Source: a bacterium (GTDB lineage Bacteria; Patescibacteriota; Dojkabacteria; B142; OLB20). From it: DNA of 64,000 nt. This document shows, piece by piece, positions 52,596 through 62,401 of the stretch. The notes under the pieces were generated by a model. The model was not told the DNA's origin. It made no database searches and worked only from the letters and a program-made list of their open reading frames with translations. Positions within the stretch are counted from its first letter, which is position 1. Each line of letters opens with the position of its first letter. The position numbers were made by a program, and so were the translations under genes. Location: contig JAJTYI010000002.1 in assembly GCA_021463645.1 (NCBI GenBank), positions 12,080 to 76,079 on the forward strand. The letters are read 5' to 3'.

Positions 52596-55496
52596 TTATA
52601 TTCCGTCATTCTCAACTAGACTTTGAATGTACTGTGCGTATCTGGCTGATTCTTGCCAATGCTCTGCACCTGTAATATTCTCAAGTGTGTTAATTAGTTT
52701 TAATATCTCAATTATTTTATTTCTACTATTCCAGTAATCAGGAACTTCGTTTCTTAACCAATTTTTCCCACTAACAGCATCTTCGTCTTTCACTGCTAAA
52801 TATATTGCCATTAGTATTTGTCGGACTAAACTTTTTGAAAAACTTTCGGCATTATTTAGTAATTTATTTGAAAATTCAATTGGAGTTTTTAACCTGGCAT
52901 TATTTGCCTTAGTAGAAGCAAGTAAGAGGGTATAGTCAGATACCCCTAGTCCTCTTGCTAATTCCTGATATGCAGATAAAGCAAACGCGCCAGATTTTTC
53001 AAATTCTAAACCTTTAATATAATACTTTTCTTCTTTGCTTAAATCTTTCCAGACATTTTTTGAGATACCCTTAGGGATAAGGTAATCATATGCAACTTTA
53101 ATTGCTGACTCGATAATAAGTTGAATAGGGCTTTTAGCATTCTTATCACGCTTACGTGAAATTTCATATTCAACATCAATATCTCCAATTTTCTTATATT
53201 TAGTGAGCACTTTAAGGGAAGCTGCATAAGCGGCTAATAAATAATCATTATCTGTAAAGTCGGGTTCATCCTGATCATCTAAAGCATGCATAGAATCAAT
53301 TTGAGCTTTAACCTCATCTTTTATTTCCGGATAGATGTCATCGAGCCAACCATTCAGATTGGAATTGTTTTTTCTTAAAACTAATAACACTGTGCCTTTA
53401 ACGTAGTTTCCGGACTTCAAGCCACCTGACTCTGTTTCTGTAGCGATATTCCAAGCAGCAGTAACCTGTAAACCAGCCGACCAAAGAATTAATGATAATT
53501 CTGCCCAGACTGCAGGGTCTTGATGTGTGAACATAACTATCTGCATACCATCATCAGGCATATGGTTGGTTAGATTGCGATAGACATCAATCATAGCTTT
53601 CGTGAAGTTTTCGTCGTTACCTTTTACAGCATCTTTTCTTTTACTTTCGGTATACCATTCTGGGAAAGCCTTTTTAATTAATGTCTTGTTCCAGGCTAAA
53701 AAGAATTCAGAAAGTTCATGATAATTTACAGCGTCTGCGTACGGTGGGTCAGTAATCCATAAGTTGGAATTATAATTGATTACTCTTGCGTCACATGTAT
53801 TTACTTTCCCTTCCAATGCTTCTTTAGTATTTGAGAAATTTAAGAACCAAGCCGAGTCAAGATTGGACGTGGCTTTGCAGCCATATACGTAAAGTGTGTT
53901 TAAAGCTTGGTTAGAAAATGTATTTTGCGTATGCTCTTGGTTTGCACCATTATTCCATATACACAAACGGCTATTCCAATCCGCTATTTTATTTATTCCT
54001 AAAATCCCTGTTACAAATTCCTTTTTGTTACTAGCTAGAGTTTGAATAGTTTCACTTATTATTCCTAGCAATAGTAACTGTCTTGGATTAAATAATTGAT
54101 GCCAGTATTGCCAACCCCTTTCTCTAATTGGTTGATCTGTATTATATCCTGACTCAATCCTATCAGATGGTATATAACCTTTATCTTGCCACTCACTAAA
54201 CTTATCTGCCAATAATTGATATACTTTTTGCTCACGCTTTAAATCTTCATCTGTAGGGGTTACATAATGCCTGATACCCTTTATCTTGTTATTTTCAAAA
54301 ATTGTTTCTTCGTATCTTATGCAATAAAGTCTTTCTTGGAAAATATCCGTTTCCCGAGGTGTAAACTCATTTTTCCCCCACATTCTTAAACCAAATTTTG
54401 TATTTCCGTTTTCATCTTTTTTGTCTTTTCTAATACTTGTTATTGGGGTTACAACTTTGCAATGTGAGCATTTTAATGAACTATCTTCAATTGTTCTATA
54501 CTTATCTGCATCTTTTAATTCTTGATTAGACACATCAGACTTTATTTCAATATCAAAAGATTTCTTTGTAGGATTTTCTTTTAGAATTGCGATTGTTTTG
54601 CTCCTTTTCCCAATTATCATTGAGGGGAAAAGTGGTATTAACCAATCGCAGGCAGGACATTTTATAAAATGTCCATAAATATAGGCTTTTGATCTCCATC
54701 CATTCTCATTCGTCTCGATCCCCCATTCCAATATTTGTTTATCAATAGCGTCATATACTTTCTTTTGAAAATTCTTTAGCTTTTTAATTTCCTCATCACT
54801 TGCCCCGTTGATATTGACAGCTGCCCACGTTAACAATGTTGCGATTGGGTTAAGGTCAGATGCATAGGCGTTTAAACCTAATCTTGCCGCCTCAAAAGGG
54901 ATGCTACCACCACCTGCAAAACAATCACCTAATGTTGTAATTTCTCCAAAGCGTTTAATGCTTAGTTGCTGAAATATTTCTTGAATATTAGTAGCTTCAA
55001 TACCCAGTTGGGAATTAATCTCTTCAATTGATTTATTTTTGATTTCAGTTATTTCTTCAGGCCTTACACAGTAAGTAATTTTTTTATCGTAGCTAAGTCT
55101 TGAGAATACAAGTTTCTGGACTTCATTTTTCTCTTTGTTTGAAATATCTGATTTCCACTTGATTTTGGTGTCCTGAGATACAAAATAATAGGCTCGTTCT
55201 TTATCTGTCAGATTGTCGTATAAATCTGAAATTGAAATACTCGCCTTTTTCCTTTCCCATAAACCTTCGTCATCCATTGTTAGAATTTTAAGGAAAATTT
55301 CTCGGTCTTTTTGAGGATTATTTGTTGCAGGTAGAAGCAATCCAAGAATTGCCGCCCTTACTAGAATAAGAGGTTTGCGCCCCCACCATTTACCAAGTCC
55401 AGTCAGTGTCTGCCCAGCTCCAGCCTTCCTCTCCTTATAACTTTCTTTTGAAATTTTTGAGACAGGGAACTGTACCTCAATAAATGATTTTTCCAT
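52596..55496 (-). CDS. DUF1156-type Zn-ribbon DNA methyltransferase (DPPY, N6-adenine/N4-cytosine class)
   Basis: N-terminal FPVSKISKES..GLGKWWGRKPLILVRAAILG. SAM motif DCFAGGGSIPFEAARLGLNAYASDLNPIA. Cys pairs CPACDW..CSHCKV. Catalytic ITDPPYADAVNY. Confidence 0.85.
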   Translation of the reverse strand: MEKSFIEVQFPVSKISKESYKERKAGAGQTLTGLGKWWGRKPLILVRAAILGLLLPATNNPQKDREIFLKILTMDDEGLWERKKASISISDLYDNLTDKERAYYFVSQDTKIKWKSDISNKEKNEVQKLVFSRLSYDKKITYCVRPEEITEIKNKSIEEINSQLGIEATNIQEIFQQLSIKRFGEITTLGDCFAGGGSIPFEAARLGLNAYASDLNPIATLLTWAAVNINGASDEEIKKLKNFQKKVYDAIDKQILEWGIETNENGWRSKAYIYGHFIKCPACDWLIPLFPSMIIGKRSKTIAILKENPTKKSFDIEIKSDVSNQELKDADKYRTIEDSSLKCSHCKVVTPITSIRKDKKDENGNTKFGLRMWGKNEFTPRETDIFQERLYCIRYEETIFENNKIKGIRHYVTPTDEDLKREQKVYQLLADKFSEWQDKGYIPSDRIESGYNTDQPIRERGWQYWHQLFNPRQLLLLGIISETIQTLASNKKEFVTGILGINKIADWNSRLCIWNNGANQEHTQNTFSNQALNTLYVYGCKATSNLDSAWFLNFSNTKEALEGKVNTCDARVINYNSNLWITDPPYADAVNYHELSEFFLAWNKTLIKKAFPEWYTESKRKDAVKGNDENFTKAMIDVYRNLTNHMPDDGMQIVMFTHQDPAVWAELSLILWSAGLQVTAAWNIATETESGGLKSGNYVKGTVLLVLRKNNSNLNGWLDDIYPEIKDEVKAQIDSMHALDDQDEPDFTDNDYLLAAYAASLKVLTKYKKIGDIDVEYEISRKRDKNAKSPIQLIIESAIKVAYDYLIPKGISKNVWKDLSKEEKYYIKGLEFEKSGAFALSAYQELARGLGVSDYTLLLASTKANNARLKTPIEFSNKLLNNAESFSKSLVRQILMAIYLAVKDEDAVSGKNWLRNEVPDYWNSRNKIIEILKLINTLENITGAEHWQESARYAQYIQSLVENDGI

Positions 55497-55498
55497 AT

Positions 55499-56074
55499 TT
55501 AAATATCTTCGTCATTCATATTAAAAAAAAGTGATTCACGCTTTTTGTCATCCAGCACGGGGTTTTCAGTAAGGGCATACCTGATTGCTTTTCTCCAGCC
55601 AAAGTTATCATCAACATTACCGCTAGTAGCGTTGGTCATTGTATAAAGCCACCATCGTTCTTCTGGTCTTAATCCTAACCAATTTTTTAATGCACTATCA
55701 ATGTTAGTGGGATCGCAATCTGCTATTACCCAAGCAATCAGAACTAGTTCTTTACCAAGTAACCTATGAACTGGTGTCTTGCCCATTACCCAAGTTCCTT
55801 TCTTGTACTTTTTTGCTTTTAATCTAGGATTGAATTCCCGGGCAATAGTAAATTTAATTTTTTCCCATTTTGAAACAGATAAGAGCACTTTAATTTTGTC
55901 ATGACGATAATCAATCACTTGTTCTCCTTCCAACCACTTTGCTCTTTCAAATATTCTTACTTCTTTGTCTTTATTTCGAGGTATCTCCACTAGAAAATGA
56001 AGTTGAGATTCTTCTGGTACAAATCCAAAACCTATTGATGTTAGTTTTTTATTTTTATTTTTGTTCAATATCAT
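55499..56074 (-). CDS. Small conserved partner protein (DUF3780-like by size and position)
   Basis: About 190 aa. It overlaps the stop of the upstream ATPase gene and ends 2 nt before the methyltransferase ATG. The domain assignment rests on synteny only. Confidence 0.45.
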   Translation of the reverse strand: MILNKNKNKKLTSIGFGFVPEESQLHFLVEIPRNKDKEVRIFERAKWLEGEQVIDYRHDKIKVLLSVSKWEKIKFTIAREFNPRLKAKKYKKGTWVMGKTPVHRLLGKELVLIAWVIADCDPTNIDSALKNWLGLRPEERWWLYTMTNATSGNVDDNFGWRKAIRYALTENPVLDDKKRESLFFNMNDEDI

Positions 56075-59000
56075 TTCGATCAACTTTGCTCAATGAAATA
56101 TTTTGCGCAGATAAGAACCTTTTAAAAGTTATACCATCTTCAAATGAAATTTTTCTTAATTCTAATGAGATTTCAATTTGGTCATTCTCATCTGCTACGT
56201 TACTTCTTATTTGTGACAAGATTTCTTTAAGCTTTTCCATATTTAAAGACATAGTCTCGGAAAAAGACAAACTAATCCAGTTAATTTTTCCGTTTATATT
56301 AAAGTTAATAGCATATGGCGTAACTTGTGCGTTTGACCTTTGTAATTCTTCTATCATACTATAGGTTTGGTTATTGTCTGATGTTGGTAGTTTTTGTTTA
56401 TAAACAACCGGTTTATGGTCGTCAATAACAAGTGGACCAGTTGTTTGAGGAACAGATATCTCCTCAATGTCACTTTGATCACCATCGATTATTGCAACTA
56501 CCCTTATATATTTTGTGCCATCTGGAATCTGAAATGGAGTATCATAAATCCCACCATTATCTCGGGGATCGCTACTGTCGGTAGTATATTTGATTTGTGC
56601 TCCACAATTCACCTGCAACTCAAGTGCCTGTCCGTCATGACCTTCAATAAATTTATAGGTTATTTTAAGAGGTGCTTTGAATAATTTAACTTCCCCGGTT
56701 TCGTGTTCACCCTTAGAATCTACACAAAGAAAGTAATTTTTATAATCTGTTATTGATAAGAAATCAGGATTTTCTACAAGTTTGGAACTTTGTGTAACAT
56801 TTTCATTTGAATCTAGATAGATTTTATCTCCATATTTTGCGATGACCTTGATAGCAGTCGCCTTAGTATCCTTGTCATAGTCTTTAACTTTGATATCAAT
56901 CCCAGTTGATTCCTTTGGGAAAGGTCCTTTTGAGATATATCCTCCATTATCTCTCCAATGACCTTCTTGTAATGCACTTATTTTCAAATCATCAAGCGCT
57001 CTAGGATGATGCCATGTCCAACGACAATTGCGTGCGGCCCTGTCTTTTAAATCTTCCCAACGTACTTCTGTTTCTGTTTCTCCAAATAACTTTTCTTCCA
57101 CCATTTTTCTGAAATTAGGATTGTTGATTTCGTTTGTAAATTTTCTTTCTTCTATCAGTAAGTTACAAATTTGCTCTTCAGGGTTAAAATCATTTCCTGA
57201 AAATTGGAATTTAATCTCTGCTTCTGCGAGGAAATCGCCACTCTCTTGATTTCGAGGAAAATATATTTTTATAAAAGTCTCTCTTATCGCAGAATTAATA
57301 CTTAGACGAATTTTATCTTGTTTATCAATTGCTTTTTTATACTGTGGATCTGATTCTAAAACGCGGTCAGATAGCATTTGTTCAATAATTGACTTTATAC
57401 CTTTGTACTCTTTAAAAACTTTAGTTAAGTTTTCCCATGTTTGCCTTTCACCGGATAGAAACAAGAATCTGTTTTTGAATGGATGATCGTTCCAATACTC
57501 CATAAGTTCTACCGCTAAACCTGTTTGAATGGTACTAGGTTCTGTTACTAACAAAGTAACATCTTTGGAATTGATTTCTATTTCATCAACTGCGGGGAAA
57601 ACAACAACTTTATGATACACATCTTTCTTTATAGGTTTAAGTTCTTCGTTTAAGTAAGCACGAATCTCTTTTTTTGCACTTTCATCATCAAAACTATCTA
57701 CTAATTCTTTAAGTCTTGCAATAAGGTTTTGCTGGTTTTGGAAGAAAAATTTTCCATCTTTGTCTCTTGCTAAATACCATGCGCCTTGGTCTAAGTGGTC
57801 AATAGCCGTTTTAAGATCAGTCACTTTTGTTTCTGGAGTGACTACATAATCGATAATCTCATTTAGGTGCAGTCCTTTAATACCTCCTGCAGTATTTGAA
57901 AGTGAAGATATTAAAATTAGTTTGGCAACACTACTAACATCGCTAGTTTTTAGATTATCATCAGCAATTTCAGCAATTGAATCACCTTGGTCAGCTATAT
58001 CATGTTTTATAGCACTGACCAAGGTGTCATTCAGCTGTTCGATTGTAGTTCTAATCTTTGGATTGGAGAGGTTTATATTTTGAGGTGCAATTAATTCACC
58101 TTCAAAACTTGAATTGTATAGATCTTGCAACATCATTCTGACTAAGCGAATGACTCCCCTTGTCTGTTGAAAACCTTCGTTCTCTTTAAATCTATGATAT
58201 AGGTTTATAAAAGATGGATGGAATGGATAGGTTTTAATAATTTGAGTATAAATGGTAGTAGGATCAGTGGAGGTTAAACCGTTTTGCTTAGCTTCTTTTA
58301 ATACATCCTGATATTGTCTCGCGACTTTTTCTACTATATCCTTACTTGGTAATTTTTCAAATAGTTTAGTTTTCAAGATTTCTTCTAGGTCTCCGTCTGC
58401 TTTTACAGGGGTAAGATTTAATGAAACCCGATTCAATTCACCTCTGAGATTCTTTAATACTTCTTGAATAAGTTGACTACCTTCAGAGTAGCTACCAGCC
58501 AAGTCTGCAATGACTACCATCACATTAGATAATTCTTTCTGTTTGACAACATTAAATAGATTTGCCAATGCAATCCCCGTAACATTACTTAAGTCTGAGT
58601 TCCCAACACTAACAGCTTTAGCACTTACCAAGTAAGGTGGGAGCTCATCTATCAAAATTAATGTCGGAGCTCCTTTGAGCATTGTTTTCCAGGCTTCATC
58701 CCCTGGAGCTTTATATTGAGGGTTAAAATATTCTTTAAATTGTTCTTCTTTACCCAATTGTTTGGCCAGTTCTCCCCATAAGCCAAGAGGAGAATCGGTT
58801 TGTCTTCCTGAAAAACCAATTACCCTTACTTCACCTTGGAAACAATCTTTACCTAAAAATCTTTCTCTGAATTCTGGATGTTTTGCCAACAATCCTAAAG
58901 TAATCATACTGTGCGTTTTACCACCACCCATGTTTTGAGTTAATTTAACTATCCCTTTATCTTCTTTCCCCTCGAATCTTCCAAATGCCGTCTTTAATAG

Positions 59001-59150
59001 GATATTTATACCGTCTGTAAAATAACTCTCCGCAAAGAATCTCTCTGGCTCAATTTCGTTCTTTAATAGATTTAGGATTTCTAAAACATCGTCCTGGAGA
59101 TTATCATTTAATGCTGACTCTCTCACCTTACAATTTTCTATTAACTTCAT
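56055..59150 (-). CDS. DUF499-type P-loop ATPase (BrxC/PglY-like)
   Basis: ..ESYFTDGINILLKTAFGRFEGK..VKLTQNMGGGKTHSM (Walker A) and PTLILIDELPPY (Walker B); over 1000 aa. Confidence 0.85.
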   Translation of the reverse strand: MKLIENCKVRESALNDNLQDDVLEILNLLKNEIEPERFFAESYFTDGINILLKTAFGRFEGKEDKGIVKLTQNMGGGKTHSMITLGLLAKHPEFRERFLGKDCFQGEVRVIGFSGRQTDSPLGLWGELAKQLGKEEQFKEYFNPQYKAPGDEAWKTMLKGAPTLILIDELPPYLVSAKAVSVGNSDLSNVTGIALANLFNVVKQKELSNVMVVIADLAGSYSEGSQLIQEVLKNLRGELNRVSLNLTPVKADGDLEEILKTKLFEKLPSKDIVEKVARQYQDVLKEAKQNGLTSTDPTTIYTQIIKTYPFHPSFINLYHRFKENEGFQQTRGVIRLVRMMLQDLYNSSFEGELIAPQNINLSNPKIRTTIEQLNDTLVSAIKHDIADQGDSIAEIADDNLKTSDVSSVAKLILISSLSNTAGGIKGLHLNEIIDYVVTPETKVTDLKTAIDHLDQGAWYLARDKDGKFFFQNQQNLIARLKELVDSFDDESAKKEIRAYLNEELKPIKKDVYHKVVVFPAVDEIEINSKDVTLLVTEPSTIQTGLAVELMEYWNDHPFKNRFLFLSGERQTWENLTKVFKEYKGIKSIIEQMLSDRVLESDPQYKKAIDKQDKIRLSINSAIRETFIKIYFPRNQESGDFLAEAEIKFQFSGNDFNPEEQICNLLIEERKFTNEINNPNFRKMVEEKLFGETETEVRWEDLKDRAARNCRWTWHHPRALDDLKISALQEGHWRDNGGYISKGPFPKESTGIDIKVKDYDKDTKATAIKVIAKYGDKIYLDSNENVTQSSKLVENPDFLSITDYKNYFLCVDSKGEHETGEVKLFKAPLKITYKFIEGHDGQALELQVNCGAQIKYTTDSSDPRDNGGIYDTPFQIPDGTKYIRVVAIIDGDQSDIEEISVPQTTGPLVIDDHKPVVYKQKLPTSDNNQTYSMIEELQRSNAQVTPYAINFNINGKINWISLSFSETMSLNMEKLKEILSQIRSNVADENDQIEISLELRKISFEDGITFKRFLSAQNISLSKVDRNDIEQK

Positions 59151-59240
59151 AGTTATTAGTAATTAATTATTATTTTAGTTTCCCAATAAGATTATATATC
59201 AAATTGGATGTATTATATTACATGATGAAATGAATCTACT

Positions 59241-60968
59241 TCATACATCCAAATTCCATACTTTTATAGCATTTTCGTATAGTTCATTTGCTCTTTCTCT
59301 AATATCTGACTCACTCCATGATTCCCTCTGTAAATATTTGCTAAATATTTCAACACCTTGTGCGTATTCCATTAAACCTTTATTTGTCCCTACTCCAGAT
59401 TTCTTGGTTGACCAATCTGCATCTCTTATGGACGAATTCAAATTACTTGTTATTAAGGTGAGGTTACCTAATGTATATAAAATCCTATCCCGCTCTCTTT
59501 TATCCTCTTCCGAAAGAAATGTACTGTCCCAGTTGTTTCTCCACTTCTTTGGTAAAACATGTTCAACGCTATAATCTTTAAAGTTTTTCAACTGAGTTGC
59601 GTTAAAGTTATTTCTTGTAGTTAATTCTATCAAGTACAAAATCCCCTTTGAAAGTTTATTACTCAAGGTAGATTCGGCGAAGCCTTTTGCGACTTCTACA
59701 TCCGATGGCATAAAGTTAATCTTTTCTGATTTATCCTCGATAAATTCAATTAACTTATCTAATGTATTAATTTCTCTATTTATCATCGAGCCATTAAATA
59801 GTTGGTTATAATTTTTATTATTGGTTCTACAAATCAGCCTTCTCATCAAATAGGCTTCTAAATACTTGAATATCCTATTTCTCTCTGTTTCATCTTTAAC
59901 ATTTTTAGTTATATATAGGATATATGGTATTAATGTTGTGGTTTCTAATCCGAATATTAACAAGTTCAGTCTGTCCACATTACTGTCTCTATCAACAAAT
60001 TCCTGAGATATATTTGGGTTAAATGTGTTTTTATATACTTGAGCGTAATCTTTTAACTTTAAAATTAATTCATCCTTATTAATTTTATAATTTGTTATAA
60101 ATTCTTTATAAGAATTGAAAACTGACTCTACTTTGAAAAATCGTTCTTTATCTTCAGAAGTTACATTTAAAGGGGTTTCCTGGATTTTGATAGATAAATA
60201 GGATTGTAAGAACAAATCAATATTAGTCCTTTTTACCCTTCCGGCATTAATCTCCTTCCCCCAGTAAGAAATGATATCATCTTCAGCTTCAAAAATTTCT
60301 TTCCAGTTTTTATTGTATGAATCAATATCTTCGTTAAATAAATAATTTTTGAGTAATTCAGCTGTAGTTAGTGAAACACCTAAAGAGTTAATAGTATCAA
60401 AAATTTGTTGTTCATCCTCTTTCGATTGCAAATCTATGCCTACGAACATGATGTTACTAAGCAGATTATTGTGAGACAATGAATTTTCCTGAATATTATC
60501 GAGAAAGTATTTATAGCACTTGTAAATTCTTTTTTCTTTCGTTTTTTCATCCATCTCATCCATGTCATTGATTTTATCTTTTAGTATTTTTTCAAACAAA
60601 GGTTTATCTATAAAATTGTGTTGTAAAATTAAATTCCCATGATATGAGTGGAAATTGGTTTTGAAATCATCAGGGACACCATTTTTCAGAAAAAGGACTT
60701 TAAAAAATAGGAGTAAAGTAGTTAACCTCTGCTGACCATCAACAATTTCTCTTACATCACGCTCAATCTCATGTGTAGCAGTTTCAATTTGTTTAAAAAT
60801 TACTGAACCCATAAAATATGGTGAATTTGAACGCGAAACATAATCCATGTCCTCAAGGAATCTCTCCCACTGATTAGTATTCCATACATAGGATCTTTGA
60901 AAAAATGGAACCTTAAGTATCGTTCCACGACTCAAAACATCTGATATTTTTCTTTTTCCTGCTTCCAT
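59241..60968 (-). CDS. GmrSD-like DUF262 + DUF1524 protein (type IV restriction-like)
   Basis: FQRSYVWNTNQWERFLEDM and VDGQQRLTT (DUF262/ParB-like). C-terminal EHVLPKKW...LGNLTLITSNLNSSI (His-Me/HNH-like DUF1524). Confidence 0.85.
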   Translation of the reverse strand: MEAGKRKISDVLSRGTILKVPFFQRSYVWNTNQWERFLEDMDYVSRSNSPYFMGSVIFKQIETATHEIERDVREIVDGQQRLTTLLLFFKVLFLKNGVPDDFKTNFHSYHGNLILQHNFIDKPLFEKILKDKINDMDEMDEKTKEKRIYKCYKYFLDNIQENSLSHNNLLSNIMFVGIDLQSKEDEQQIFDTINSLGVSLTTAELLKNYLFNEDIDSYNKNWKEIFEAEDDIISYWGKEINAGRVKRTNIDLFLQSYLSIKIQETPLNVTSEDKERFFKVESVFNSYKEFITNYKINKDELILKLKDYAQVYKNTFNPNISQEFVDRDSNVDRLNLLIFGLETTTLIPYILYITKNVKDETERNRIFKYLEAYLMRRLICRTNNKNYNQLFNGSMINREINTLDKLIEFIEDKSEKINFMPSDVEVAKGFAESTLSNKLSKGILYLIELTTRNNFNATQLKNFKDYSVEHVLPKKWRNNWDSTFLSEEDKRERDRILYTLGNLTLITSNLNSSIRDADWSTKKSGVGTNKGLMEYAQGVEIFSKYLQRESWSESDIRERANELYENAIKVWNLDV

Positions 60969-61040
60969 GATAAATATTTATTAAGTATATTTAATTATGT
61001 TAGAGTATATACTAAACTTTGAATTAACCCCAACAAGCTT

Positions 61041-61150
61041 CCTTCCCAAATATAATTTCCAATCCCAAAATTCCTAAATCTATAAATTTTCCCTCCTCAT
61101 TTCTTAATTCCTCAATCCCTAAATCTCTAAATTCCTCAATTCCTTCACCT
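61041..61150 (-). repeat. Purine-rich post-stop motif, double copy E (overlaps the last codons of the Cas4-like gene)
   Basis: The sense strand reads GGAATTGAGGAATTTAGAGATTTAGGGATTGAGGAATTAAGAAATGAGGAGGGAAAATTTATAGATTTAGGAATTTTGGGATTGGAAATT. Confidence 0.6.
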
Positions 61151-61859
61151 TCCTCTGGTATCCACACCACTCACACCCCTCTGAATACCCCGGAATTTCT
61201 TCACCCATCAAACACCCCTTAATCTCCCTCAACTTCCCCTCTATCCAACTATCATCCCCTATATAGGGAATTACTGAGATTTTGAATTCTAGTTTTGCAT
61301 CGAAGGCTTGTTTGTCTTTGATGCCATTGCAGTAAACAAAGTAGCCAGTATTAGAAACTTCAAAACCATTTCTTCGTAGTAACCATTGATATATTTCCAT
61401 TTGTCTTTTGTAGGACATTTGCCAATCAGCATCGATATTTACCTCATCTTTCTTTGAAGTTGATTTGTAGTCCACTACTATTAATTCTCCTTTTGGATTT
61501 ACCCAAACATCATCCACTGCACCTGCGACCAATAAGTTTGTTTCTTCATGCAAATATTGAACTCCTTGGAAATTCTCTCTCCAGATATCGATATCTTTGT
61601 GAGTGAAAGGAATTGCATCGATTCCATAAGCGGTCATCAGTGGATGGGGGTCGCCTTTGATACGATGGGTATCGAATTCTTGCTTTAATAAGTGGTCAAC
61701 AGCAGAATTTAAACTGAAAGGTGGACCAGATGGTTGTTTGACACCGAGTCTTCTATCCAGATAAAAACAATGCGGACAATTAATGAAGAATTCAATTCCC
61801 GATCTGCTGATTTTGTAAGCTTCGTCTCTCTGTGGATCAAACTGCCCTCGATACGCCAT
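61119..61859 (-). CDS. Cas4/RecB-like PD-(D/E)xK nuclease with four terminal cysteines
   Basis: N-terminal CPHC and C-terminal CEWC. GAVDDVWV (motif II Asp), VVDYKST (DxK) and QMEIYQWLL (QxxxY). Confidence 0.8.
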   Translation of the reverse strand: MAYRGQFDPQRDEAYKISRSGIEFFINCPHCFYLDRRLGVKQPSGPPFSLNSAVDHLLKQEFDTHRIKGDPHPLMTAYGIDAIPFTHKDIDIWRENFQGVQYLHEETNLLVAGAVDDVWVNPKGELIVVDYKSTSKKDEVNIDADWQMSYKRQMEIYQWLLRRNGFEVSNTGYFVYCNGIKDKQAFDAKLEFKISVIPYIGDDSWIEGKLREIKGCLMGEEIPGYSEGCEWCGYQRKVKELRNLEI

Positions 61860-61969
61860 GGTAGTGGTTTCTAGGTTGAAGTTGATTATACTATTAAATT
61901 ATTGCTATGGAAACAAGTTGTAAATATATATGGGAAATAAATTATTTCAATAAATATCTAAGTTTGTTG

Positions 61970-61975
61970 TATAAT
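61970..61975 (+). promoter_or_regulatory. Candidate -10 box (TGTTGTATAATC context)
   Basis: TATAAT lies 25 nt upstream of ATG 62000. It has the same 11-mer context as the tRNA-Gln locus promoter. Confidence 0.4.
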
Positions 61976-61999
61976 CCGAATAATAGTTAGTAATTAAAT

Positions 62000-62272
62000 A
62001 TGCCAGAAGCAGGTCAGGAACAATCAACTCTAGGTGGTCTAGAACCAGGAGATCCATTTAAATTGCTGGGGCCTACTAATCCTATAAGAAGTTACTTAAT
62101 AGGTAATGATGGAATTTCTAGGAATCTTCAGGTTCCTACTCCTTTAGATTCTCAAAGTAACTTGTTCTATGATTCAAAAATTGGTAGCGATAAGGTACTA
62201 GTTCAAGAATCATTAAATGATAGAACATATCAGCACTTACTTTATGCAAAGACACCGATAGAAAGAGTTTGA
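62000..62272 (+). CDS. Hypothetical 90-aa protein
   Basis: ATG ORF with a good upstream -10; more G+C-rich than its surroundings; no recognised motif. Confidence 0.4.
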   Translation: MPEAGQEQSTLGGLEPGDPFKLLGPTNPIRSYLIGNDGISRNLQVPTPLDSQSNLFYDSKIGSDKVLVQESLNDRTYQHLLYAKTPIERV

Positions 62273-62401
62273 CATTACATCTGTTTTAGAGATGAGTAAA
62301 CAATATCTGCATTTTATAATCAAGAGTGTTAGTTTGAGAGAGATCCCCTCCCATCGAGTTTTTAGAATGGATCAGAAGAAAATATAATATGATTTCCGAA
62401 T

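Noticed and set aside
49861-59150. Classifying the methylase/ATPase/helicase module as canonical BREX or DISARM
   Set aside because: No PglZ, BrxL/Lon, BrxA or BrxB is present, so it is not BREX. No DrmA or DrmB (DUF1998) is present, so it is not DISARM. Only individual domains (DUF499 ATPase, SNF2, PLD, N6-type methylase) are shared.
47231-59574. Plus-strand ORFs inside the large minus-strand genes (47231-47416, 47678-48085, 48629-48847, 50016-50234, 50252-50611, 55939-56364, 56394-56684, 57028-57249, 59230-59574)
   Set aside because: All are antisense to long genes that have clear catalytic motifs. They are Ser/Leu/Phe/Ile-rich as expected from the complement of A-rich coding sequence, and none has a recognisable domain.
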